The notes under the pieces are model-generated. The model was not told the origin of the DNA and made no database searches. It was given only the letters and a program-made list of their open reading frames with translations. 25,598 bases of DNA. Origin: a virus. Lineage: Duplodnaviria > Caudoviricetes. Positions 16,188 through 24,092 of the stretch are shown here, piece by piece (position 1 is the first letter of the stretch; every line of letters starts with the position of its first letter). The translations under genes and the position numbers were made by a program. The stretch spans positions 1 to 25,598 of the IMG/VR virus record IMGVR_UViG_3300035137_000025; one strand, written 5' to 3'.

Positions 16188-16364
16188 TTAAAATATGTCT
16201 TCATCTTCCATTTCTTCAACTTCCATTTTTGAAGCCTTATAATCTTCATATTGACTTAGTGTCATATGCAACGGACACTCCATTATTTCATTGTATTGCT
16301 CTTCTGTTAATTCCCACGCTTTTAGTTCGCTTGCCACTGTGTTTCTAAATTTTTGATTAGTCAT
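16188..16364 (-). CDS. Small acidic protein, 58 aa (MTNQKFRNTVASELKAWELTEEQY...EVEEMEDEDIF)
   Basis: Not in the track. AAGGGGG RBS; first gene behind the strong promoter at 16414-16442. Confidence 0.75.
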   Translation of the reverse strand: MTNQKFRNTVASELKAWELTEEQYNEIMECPLHMTLSQYEDYKASKMEVEEMEDEDIF

Positions 16365-16413
16365 AATCTAATCCCCCTTGATTTATTATTGTGTTGCGAC
16401 TTACTATATTTAT

Positions 16414-16442
16414 ATTATATCGGATATTTTATCCCAAGTCAA
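16414..16442 (-). promoter_or_regulatory. SigmaA promoter TTGACT-17-TATAAT with GGATA-N3-TATCC operator
   Basis: -35 at 16437-16442, -10 at 16414-16419, operator at 16422-16434. The 36 bp at 16399-16434 are identical to 14214-14249. Confidence 0.85.
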
Positions 16443-16557
16443 GTGTTTTTCTTAAAAAAACACAAAAAAAATAAACCAATCTAAATTGAAAGGTTTAAAG
16501 GTTCTACACAGAACTTTCAAATAAATTCGTTTTCTATTACGCATCAAAATTATTATA

Positions 16558-17334
16558 TCACTGTTTTTCTATTTTCACAAAAGCATCAAAACCCTTTTTC
16601 GCCAGTGCTTTGACTTGTTGGTCCGCGTTTTCCTTCTTAGTATATGCACCGGCCTGAACTATATAAAGCTTATCTGGTTTAGTCTCTGGCTTTTTTAATA
16701 TTACACCATAACGCCTTAATATATAAGAAGCTAAGAAAAAGCTTGCCTTATCCTTAAAAGCTTCTGTTTGCCCCTTTTTGCAGTCATCGCGGTTATCTCC
16801 AAAAAACATTTCAATAAATTTTACTTTGCAGTTAGACGGTGTATTTCTGTGTAAATAATAATAATCGCCATTGTTGCCACGCCTTTGGACTATACCACGA
16901 TTATTTAAACTAAATTCTTTACAATAATATTTCAAAAAATTTGTACAAAAAATATAATCACTATGGCTTTTTGGCGTAGATATACTTAACAACCATTCGG
17001 CCCCTTTAGATATTCCATTATAAGCATTGCAATGTATTGAGTAGGCTTGAACTGATTTAAATTTACTTGCTAAACTTTTCATTGACTTGGTTCTTGTTTC
17101 TAAAGATACGCTTGTGTCAGTGGTCCTTGTAACATATACCCTACTAAAATAAGGTTTACATATTTTCTCTACCCTTTTAAATATGTCTAAAACATAAGTC
17201 TTTTCGTATGTTCCGTCGTAAAATATACAGCCTGTGTCTGTGCCTCCGTGCCCTGCATCAAGATATAAACAGTCGTTTGTTGGGTCTTGATCGTGCTTAA
17301 TAGTTCCTAATCCTTCAATGTTATACCAACTCAT
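16558..17334 (-). CDS. Endolysin: N-acetylmuramoyl-L-alanine amidase (Amidase_3) with C-terminal SPOR domain
   Basis: LDAGHGG.D.G, EK, SIHCNA and IE zinc/catalytic motifs; C-terminal YIVQAGAY.KKENA...L.KKGFDAFV. Confidence 0.92.
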   Translation of the reverse strand: MSWYNIEGLGTIKHDQDPTNDCLYLDAGHGGTDTGCIFYDGTYEKTYVLDIFKRVEKICKPYFSRVYVTRTTDTSVSLETRTKSMKSLASKFKSVQAYSIHCNAYNGISKGAEWLLSISTPKSHSDYIFCTNFLKYYCKEFSLNNRGIVQRRGNNGDYYYLHRNTPSNCKVKFIEMFFGDNRDDCKKGQTEAFKDKASFFLASYILRRYGVILKKPETKPDKLYIVQAGAYTKKENADQQVKALAKKGFDAFVKIEKQ

Positions 17335-17346
17335 CTAAAGCCCTCC

Positions 17347-17622
17347 TTATGGATAAAATACCTTAAGAATGGACAAAACAGCCGTAGCCGAGGCGGTAAT
17401 AGTTGCCGTTATTATTCCACCTATCGCCGTAACCTTCTTAAGGCTCAATTCACTCTGTCTTATTGTTGTATCTCTTATACAATTTTGACGGTTTTTTTTA
17501 CAATCGTCTTTCGTTACCATTTGATCTATTTTGGATTCAATTCGGTCTAAACGGTGGGTTAAATCTTCCCTAAGATTTCTAAAATTTTCTTGTACCATAT
17601 CAACAATTCTATCCTCTGACAC
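17347..17622 (-). CDS. Putative holin / XhlA-like membrane protein
   Basis: N-terminal coiled coil and one C-terminal hydrophobic helix; directly upstream of the endolysin; AAAGGAG RBS. Confidence 0.55.
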   Translation of the reverse strand: MSEDRIVDMVQENFRNLREDLTHRLDRIESKIDQMVTKDDCKKNRQNCIRDTTIRQSELSLKKVTAIGGIITATITASATAVLSILKVFYP

Positions 17623-17654
17623 TGATTTTCTCCTTTCTTTAGTATTTTTTATTG

Positions 17655-17694
17655 ATAAAGGCTATAGGTGTATTTATATAACAAACCTATAGCC
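17655..17694 (-). terminator. Terminator-like hairpin in the leader of the lysis cassette
   Basis: 10-bp stem GGCTATAGGT (17660-17669) / ACCTATAGCC (17685-17694) followed by a short TTTAT on the minus strand. Confidence 0.45.
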
Positions 17695-17976
17695 CAAACA
17701 TTAAATCAAGGAAGTAATTCTTCTTAAAACTATTTCAATAAGTATTATCAATACTATTTCACTAACTACTATATTTATTGTAAAACCAATCTATAGCGAA
17801 CACAACCATTTTTAAATAACAACCCTTAATGGATATTATATCATTTTTGTTACAAAAAGCAAACAAAAAACCCAAAAAAATGGGCTTTTTGTATTTTTGT
17901 TTGTTTAGGGAAAACTAAACAATATGTCATTTCAGTTCCAAAAAAAAATTACTTAAAGTATGTAAAAACTAATACA

Positions 17977-18004
17977 ATTATATCATAAAAAAACCCTCTT
18001 TCAA
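17977..18004 (-). promoter_or_regulatory. SigmaA-type promoter TTGAAA-16-TATAAT with extended -10 TG
   Basis: -35 at 17999-18004, -10 at 17977-17982. A second TGnTATAAT lies at 17835-17843. Confidence 0.5.
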
Positions 18005-18335
18005 GGATACAAAGGAATTTATTCTATTCTTGAATCTATCAGTATTGAGATCAATTGTAAATAAATGTCAACTAATCTACATATAATAGGCATTATTGCA
18101 TATTAAACATGTGGTCAACACTACAAGCCATAATTTATTACAAAATTACGTTGCATATGTTACGAAATTATCAAAAGACTACAAAATTCATTTCAGCCAA
18201 ATTAACAATGTTAACTCTAAGTTAATTATTTGCCATGTTCATATTTCAACTTAAGCACAAAATTATCACATTGATGCTGATAGAGTTGGTTTAATGTTAT
18301 TAAAATGTTATAGGATAGTTATTTAAAAAAAAATC

Positions 18336-18664
18336 AAACCTTCCGACAACCTTCCGACAAACTTTCCGACTTATATTCTTTTTCTTTCTTTCTTTCTCTA
18401 AGAAGAGAAAAGAAGATAATAAAGAAGTATAATCGGAAAGTTCGGAAAGTCGGAAAGTTTTTATAGTATTTCTCTATAGAAAAAAAAAGATACACACAAT
18501 TATATTTTTTATATGTATATACACACTTTTTTTTTATATAGAAACTTTTTTTTGTTAAAACCTTTCCGGCTCTCCGAAAACTTTCAAAACAAAACTAGCA
18601 GAACGGCTATAAGTCGGAAGGTTTGTCGGAAAGGTTTTAGCGGACAGTTAAAAAACTATTCGAC
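18336..18664. repeat. Probable replication origin: direct and inverted TTCCGA(C) iterons with AT-rich spacers
   Basis: TTCCGA at 18341, 18352, 18364; TCGGAA at 18433, 18442, 18450, 18614, 18626; variants at 18564, 18572 and ~18659. Sits at the strand switch, upstream of the RHH and VapE genes. Confidence 0.7.
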
Positions 18665-18729
18665 TTGTTTTAAATAAAACCAAAATCGGATAAAAAAACA
18701 CTAAAATTGTGTTAAAAAATAAACAATTA

Positions 18730-18758
18730 TTGATTTATTTTAAAAATGTGTGTATAAT
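18730..18758 (+). promoter_or_regulatory. SigmaA promoter TTGATT-17-TATAAT of the replication operon
   Basis: -35 at 18730-18735 and -10 at 18753-18758, upstream of an AAAGGAG RBS. Confidence 0.65.
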
Positions 18759-18804
18759 TATATGTATAGCAATCAAATATTATATGTAAAGGAGTTGTAA
18801 AACA

Positions 18805-19050
18805 ATGGATATAAAAGAAATTAAGGTTAGGAAAAATATTGTGTTAAATCAAAAAATTAATAATAAATTAATAGAATTATCAACTAAAACTAGATATAGC
18901 CAGTCGGAAATAATTGAAATGGCATTGAAAAAATTAGATAAAATTTTTGATGATGATATCGACTCAAAAATAAGAAAAATAACATCAAAAGCTAGGATTA
19001 GCGAAAAGGAATTAACAACTTTAGTATTAAAAAAGATAGTAGGGAAGTAG
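18805..19050 (+). CDS. Ribbon-helix-helix (CopG-like) DNA-binding protein
   Basis: Beta-strand VRKNIVL followed by 'KLIELS.KT..SQSEIIE.AL'. Confidence 0.75.
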   Translation: MDIKEIKVRKNIVLNQKINNKLIELSTKTRYSQSEIIEMALKKLDKIFDDDIDSKIRKITSKARISEKELTTLVLKKIVGK

Positions 19051-19059
19051 GTGTAAAAT

Positions 19060-20553
19060 ATGTCAAATAAAATAAGTCCAATAACATCATTAGAAGAAAA
19101 AAAAAGATCACTATATGAAGACGACAAATCGGAGTGTAAACAGTTATTAAAAGAAATTGGAATAGATTTTGACATTGGAAAGATAAAAGATACAAAAAAA
19201 CTTTTAAAGAAATTTAAAACTATCGTTCGACAACATTCTTTTGATTATCCTGACTTTACAACAACGGCCGGAGGGTTAGTCAAGCCTCATTTAACTACAA
19301 GGAATATAGGTATTTTAATAAATAAATTGGGTTATAAAATAATTTATGATGAAATTTTGCAAGATATTTTATTTACAAAAAATAATAAACAATATGAGTT
19401 TAGTGAAATAAGCAATAAAGTTGAGGACGAATTACAAAAACAAACTTTTTCAAAAACAAATTATGATATTCTTTGCAGAAAATTAAAAAATTTAGGAAAA
19501 GAAAACTCTATCAACCCAATAAAAGATTATATCTTAAAATCATATGATAAATTTAAAAACAAAATTAATTATAATAAATTAGAGCTTGATAAATTATTTA
19601 AAACAATAAAAGGCCGAAAAGAAGACGAAAAAATAAATTATATGTTATTCAAAACTTATATGTTAAGCAGAATAAGTTGTCAGTTTAATCCTGACTTTGC
19701 TTGCCAAGGGGCTTTGACTTTTACAGGAAAACAAGGGGCCGGAAAAACAACTTGGTGTGAAAACTTAACACCGCCAGAGTTAAGAAACTATCATGTCAGT
19801 GAATCAAGATATATTCCCGGTGATAGAGACAACAAAATGAAAAATATTAGAGCTTGGAGTGTTGAGTTTGCGGAGGTTGGGAGAACATTAAAAGAAGTTG
19901 ACGCTACAAAAGCCTTTATAACTACAAAAACAGATACTTATAGAGATTGGTACGAATCAAAATCAGAAAAACATAAAAGAAGAACTGTCTACACTGCTAC
20001 CGTTGACAAGGACGAATTTTTAGTTGATGATGTTGATCGTAGGTGGTGGCCTATAAAAATAATTGATTATTTTGGGAGATTAAACAATTTAAATTATGAA
20101 TTACTATATGCTGAATTGTATCAAATGTATTTAGAAAATCCTAAGAATTGTCATGAACTAGGAAAAGAAGGTTTAAAAATATTAAATAAACACAACAAAG
20201 AATTTAGGAAAAAGGATTATGTCGAATCCTTATTGATGAATACATTTGATTGGCAATCAGAACCACGCTACAAGGTTCCTAATACTGATATTATAACACT
20301 TATAACGAATGATAGCAGCATTAATAGCAAAATAAATAATACAAATCTTGGGTTAGCTTTAAAGAAAATGGATGTTGAATATGAAATAAAAGACAAAAAA
20401 ACTAAGCAAAAATTATACTATGTTCCAGTACCAAGAAAAATAAAGAAAAATATATTAAGTGTTTTTTTAGAACAAAAATATGAACAAGTTTATGAAACCA
20501 TTGAAAGAGAGAGCATAATAAAACAAGATGAAAGCAAAATAAACAAAGGATGA
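19060..20553 (+). CDS. VapE/VirE-family P-loop ATPase (SF3-like replicative helicase); no recognisable primase domain
   Basis: NPIKDYI, Walker A G.QGAGKTTW, Walker B WSVEFAEV, KAFIT...D.YR, RR.V..AT, FL.D...RRWWPI. Confidence 0.88.
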   Translation: MSNKISPITSLEEKKRSLYEDDKSECKQLLKEIGIDFDIGKIKDTKKLLKKFKTIVRQHSFDYPDFTTTAGGLVKPHLTTRNIGILINKLGYKIIYDEILQDILFTKNNKQYEFSEISNKVEDELQKQTFSKTNYDILCRKLKNLGKENSINPIKDYILKSYDKFKNKINYNKLELDKLFKTIKGRKEDEKINYMLFKTYMLSRISCQFNPDFACQGALTFTGKQGAGKTTWCENLTPPELRNYHVSESRYIPGDRDNKMKNIRAWSVEFAEVGRTLKEVDATKAFITTKTDTYRDWYESKSEKHKRRTVYTATVDKDEFLVDDVDRRWWPIKIIDYFGRLNNLNYELLYAELYQMYLENPKNCHELGKEGLKILNKHNKEFRKKDYVESLLMNTFDWQSEPRYKVPNTDIITLITNDSSINSKINNTNLGLALKKMDVEYEIKDKKTKQKLYYVPVPRKIKKNILSVFLEQKYEQVYETIERESIIKQDESKINKG

Positions 20554-20560
20554 TAAATAA

Positions 20561-20815
20561 ATGAGTATATATTTAAAAAAAGCTAGTAAAAGACAAAAAA
20601 CAATATCATACAATATAGTCATGGTATTAGAAGACTTAACAATGGAGTTATACACAGATAATTCTTTAAAAAAAGAAGTTAAAGAAGCATTTGGAGAAAT
20701 GAACAATCAAATTTGGAAAATAATAAAAGGTTGTAGTGAAAATGATTTAGATAAAAATAACGCATTTACGCTAAAAGATGCAAATAAAGCAAAACATAAA
20801 ATGGAATTATACTAA
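20561..20815 (+). CDS. Hypothetical protein
   Basis: ORF with AAAGGA RBS; operon continuity. Confidence 0.7.
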   Translation: MSIYLKKASKRQKTISYNIVMVLEDLTMELYTDNSLKKEVKEAFGEMNNQIWKIIKGCSENDLDKNNAFTLKDANKAKHKMELY

Positions 20816-20834
20816 AATAAAGGAGAATAAACAG

Positions 20835-21293
20835 ATGAGTAATAAAAAGATAATTGGAATAGGAATTGTAATAGTTCTTATGTATTTTACTATATTAATA
20901 TCGAATGAATATGTCATTTTTTCTGCTAATAATTCTAAAACAATATTAGTAAAAGAACCCACTAAAAAACCTACTCCAACAAAAACAAAAGAAGTAAAAA
21001 CAGTTAAACCGACTTCAACAAAAAAATATTATAATGCTGAAAGATACTCACTTTTAATGGATGAAAATTTAATTAATTTTAGAGAAAAACCTATAGAAGA
21101 AACTATAAGCTATATTAATACTACTTTCAAAGATGATTTAAAACTAATAGAAACAAAAACAATAGAAAGTAAAAAAAATAATTATCATATTTATAAATAT
21201 GAAAGTAAAGATAAAAGCATATTATTGCTTTATAGTGAAAAAAATTTTTGCATAGCTTATGATTGGGAACGTGGTCAAAATAAACAAAACTAA
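20835..21293 (+). CDS. Membrane-anchored extracytoplasmic protein with P/T/K-rich linker; likely start 20835
   Basis: AAGGAG RBS; MSNKK then a hydrophobic helix, then EPTKKPTPTKTK linker. Confidence 0.7.
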   Translation: MSNKKIIGIGIVIVLMYFTILISNEYVIFSANNSKTILVKEPTKKPTPTKTKEVKTVKPTSTKKYYNAERYSLLMDENLINFREKPIEETISYINTTFKDDLKLIETKTIESKKNNYHIYKYESKDKSILLLYSEKNFCIAYDWERGQNKQN

Positions 21294-21373
21294 AAAGAAG
21301 AATGATAAATAAATAAAAGGATCCAAAACAGGGTTAAAAACACAAAAACCCTCTTCCAAGAAAGGATAAGCAT

Positions 21374-21526
21374 ATGAACAAAAAGAAAACAGATAAATTA
21401 TCAGAAAATAAACAAAAACATCCACATAAAAATGATATGGATTTATTAGACCCACATGGATTTTGGGGCAATTTTAAAGAATTTGATAATGATAATAAAA
21501 TTCAAAAACAGGAGGATAAAGAATAA
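21374..21526 (+). CDS. Hypothetical protein, 50 aa
   Basis: Not in the track. AAAGGA RBS; TAATG overlap with the HAD gene. Confidence 0.55.
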   Translation: MNKKKTDKLSENKQKHPHKNDMDLLDPHGFWGNFKEFDNDNKIQKQEDKE

Positions 21527-21882
21527 TGAAGAAACGATTATTATTTGATTTTGACGGAGTAATACATAGTTATACATCTGGATGGCAAGGAATAAATGTT
21601 GCTATAGATGAACCAGTAGAAGGTATAAGAGAAACTTTGGATAGATTAATTAATATGGGATATCATATAGTAATTTATTCATCTAGATGTAATGATTTAG
21701 ACGGAATAAGATGTATTGAAAATTATTGTAGTTATTATAGTATTCCTTATCATGAAATATCAAATAAAAAAGGGATTGCCTATTTAACCATTGATGATAG
21801 ATGTATTTGTTTCAATGGTAAAACAAAAGAATTAATAGGACAGATAAAAAATTTTGTTGTATGGAATAAAAATACTAAATAA
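21526..21882 (+). CDS. HAD-superfamily phosphatase (capless, phage type)
   Basis: Motif I FDFDGVI, motif II YSSR, motif IV IDDR. Confidence 0.88.
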   Translation: MKKRLLFDFDGVIHSYTSGWQGINVAIDEPVEGIRETLDRLINMGYHIVIYSSRCNDLDGIRCIENYCSYYSIPYHEISNKKGIAYLTIDDRCICFNGKTKELIGQIKNFVVWNKNTK

Positions 21883-21900
21883 ATAAAGGATGATTGAAAT

Positions 21901-22062
21901 ATGAAAAATAAAACAATAATTTCATGTGAATGTAAGGACAATAAAAATATTTATCTTATAGAAAATATTTCTATGAGTTTATGTAAGACTTGTGCCAAAT
22001 CAAAAGACAATATTATAAGATACTTAAAAATGAAAGGAGAAATAACCAATGAAATTAAGTAA
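21901..22062 (+). CDS. Small Cys-containing protein, 53 aa (CEC...CKTC), possible zinc binder
   Basis: Not in the track. AAAGGA RBS. Confidence 0.6.
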   Translation: MKNKTIISCECKDNKNIYLIENISMSLCKTCAKSKDNIIRYLKMKGEITNEIK

Positions 22063-22198
22063 AACTGTTTGCAACAACATAATAGATAATACTACCGGAA
22101 AACCTCTTGAAATGATTATAGTTGATGCAAAATACTTAAAAAATATCAATCACGACGAACTTATAAAAAGCCTAAAAAATCTATTTAAGGAGGAATAA
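22049..22198 (+). CDS. Hypothetical protein, 49 aa
   Basis: Not in the track. AAAGGAG RBS; ends 3 nt before the helicase ATG. Confidence 0.6.
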   Translation: MKLSKTVCNNIIDNTTGKPLEMIIVDAKYLKNINHDELIKSLKNLFKEE

Positions 22199-22201
22199 CC
22201 A

Positions 22202-23659
22202 ATGATTAAATTATACAATTACCAACAAGAACTGATAAAACACATTAAAACAGCCCTAAAACAAAAATTTAGGGCTATATGTGTAGTAAGTCCTTGCGGA
22301 AGTGGAAAATCAATAATTCAAGGATATATAGCGGCTTCTGCAACAAAGAAAAAAAATAGAGTTCTTTTCCTTGTACATAGAAAAGAACTCTTACAGCAAA
22401 TCGAACAAACATTTATTACCTGTGGCGTCAATTTTAATTATTGTAATATTGGAATGGTTCAAACGGTTTCTAGGAGGTTAACCAATGAACCAAAACCCGA
22501 TATTATAATAACAGATGAAAACCACCATTGCTTAGCTAATAGCTACACAAAAATATACGAACATTTTGACGCGTCAATATTGTTAGGGTTTACAGCTACC
22601 CCAATCCGCCTGAACCAAGGCGGATTAGGAATAGTGTATAAAAAACTTGTAAAAGGGCCTTCCGTAAAATGGTTAATTTCTAACCAATTTCTTTCTTCTT
22701 TTCGATTATACAGTAATCGTATAATTGATACAAGTAAATTACACATAAGAAATGGAGATTTCAAGAAAGATGAAGTAAACGAACTCACAGAACAAAAGAT
22801 AGTATATGGTAAAACGCTCAAGAATTGGACAAAGTTGGCCAATGACAAAAAAACTATCGTCTATTGTAGCTCTATCAAGGCATCAAAGGAATTAAGCTTT
22901 GAATTTTCCCAAGCGGGAATAGTTTCGGCCCATCTTGACGCAACAACAAGCAAGAAAACACGCGAAAAAGTTATAAATTCGTTTAGGAAAAACAAAATAA
23001 AAGTATTGTGTAATGTTGATTTATTTGGAGAAGGGTTTGACGTTCCGGATTGTGAATGTGTAATATTGTTAAGACCAACTAAAAGCCTATCATTGTACAT
23101 ACAACAATCAATGCGTTGTATGAGATATAAAGAAAATAAAGAGGCAATTATCATAGACCAAGTTGGCAACTGCTATATCCACGGGTTGCCAGATGATAAT
23201 AGAGAATGGAGTTTAGAAAGCAAAAAGACTAAAGAGGTAAGCACAATCAAAGAATGTAAATTATGTTTTGCTGTCGTTCCAACTGGGGCAAAAGTTTGCC
23301 CCTATTGCGGAAATGAATTTTTAACTATGGTAAGAGACAGTAAACCAATGGAAATAAAAGACATAATTCTAGAAGAGATCAAAAGTGAAAATATCTTAGC
23401 AACAAAACCGCATGATTATGCCAAGGAAATAAAGGACGCTAAGACACTGTTAAAGTTTCAGTTATGTAAAGGGTATAAACCAAATTGGATTAATTATCAG
23501 CTAGACAAATACGGATATAAAATGAACATTGCTTTTGATGATTTAATAGCTATTCAAAAAATGCATAATTTTAAATTTATGTGGTGCATTCATAAGGCTA
23601 AAGCTTTAAATGTTGATATACCTAATCAATACAATATTTTAAGGAGGTATGCAAATTGA
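22202..23659 (+). CDS. Superfamily 2 (DExH) helicase with C-terminal zinc ribbon
   Basis: LYNYQ, PCGSGKS, DENHH, TATP, EGFDVP, QQSMR..R, CKLC/CPYC. Confidence 0.95.
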   Translation: MIKLYNYQQELIKHIKTALKQKFRAICVVSPCGSGKSIIQGYIAASATKKKNRVLFLVHRKELLQQIEQTFITCGVNFNYCNIGMVQTVSRRLTNEPKPDIIITDENHHCLANSYTKIYEHFDASILLGFTATPIRLNQGGLGIVYKKLVKGPSVKWLISNQFLSSFRLYSNRIIDTSKLHIRNGDFKKDEVNELTEQKIVYGKTLKNWTKLANDKKTIVYCSSIKASKELSFEFSQAGIVSAHLDATTSKKTREKVINSFRKNKIKVLCNVDLFGEGFDVPDCECVILLRPTKSLSLYIQQSMRCMRYKENKEAIIIDQVGNCYIHGLPDDNREWSLESKKTKEVSTIKECKLCFAVVPTGAKVCPYCGNEFLTMVRDSKPMEIKDIILEEIKSENILATKPHDYAKEIKDAKTLLKFQLCKGYKPNWINYQLDKYGYKMNIAFDDLIAIQKMHNFKFMWCIHKAKALNVDIPNQYNILRRYAN

Positions 23660-23964
23660 CCGAGCATGAATTACAAAACCAAGTCAGGTTAGAATTATCT
23701 AAATTAGGTTACATTACATTTAGGACCAATGTCGGAAAAATTCAAACACAGGATAAAAGATATTTTAAAACAGGTTTACCAAATGGCTTTAGTGATCTTA
23801 TTGCTTTGAAAGAAGGGAAAACATATTTTATAGAATTAAAGACAGGACGCAACAAGCCAACTAAAGCACAGCTAAACTTTATCAAACAAATGCAAAACGC
23901 CGGGTTTAACGCCGGTATTGCATATAATATGAATGATGTAAAAAAGATACTTGAAAACGGATAG
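23656..23964 (+). CDS. VRR-NUC domain nuclease
   Basis: TEHELQ, G.SDLI, FIELK, Q..F motifs of the PD-(D/E)xK VRR-NUC family. Confidence 0.92.
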   Translation: MTEHELQNQVRLELSKLGYITFRTNVGKIQTQDKRYFKTGLPNGFSDLIALKEGKTYFIELKTGRNKPTKAQLNFIKQMQNAGFNAGIAYNMNDVKKILENG

Positions 23965-23979
23965 TATATCCTATATAAT
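23951..23979 (+). promoter_or_regulatory. SigmaA promoter TTGAAA-17-TATAAT with GGATA-N3-TATCC operator
   Basis: -35 at 23951-23956, operator GGATAGTATATCC at 23959-23971, -10 at 23974-23979. Confidence 0.8.
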
Positions 23980-24092
23980 TATACATATCAAATAAGCAAA
24001 TTTGAGCGTTTTAACACTTGGACTTATTTAGACAAGTTAGAACTTTAAAACGTTAAATATGGCCTTAAATTTAAAATCTAGGAGGCAAAAAA

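Noticed and set aside
14214-16434. 36-bp direct repeat as att sites or mobile-element ends
   Set aside because: Both copies coincide with a promoter and operator, and no recombinase or transposase is present; promoter duplication explains it.
18005-18330. Short plus-strand ORFs (38-47 codons) in the intergenic region
   Set aside because: No SD sequence and no recognisable motifs; left as unexplained non-coding DNA.
18336-18460. Protelomerase (hairpin telomere) target site
   Set aside because: The inverted repeat is imperfect and iteron-like, and no protelomerase gene is in the window.
15449-23169. Track ORFs 15449+, 16127+, 18849-, 18998-, 20467-, 21222-, 22543-, 22861-
   Set aside because: Each is antisense to RBS-supported genes in an otherwise uniformly oriented operon.
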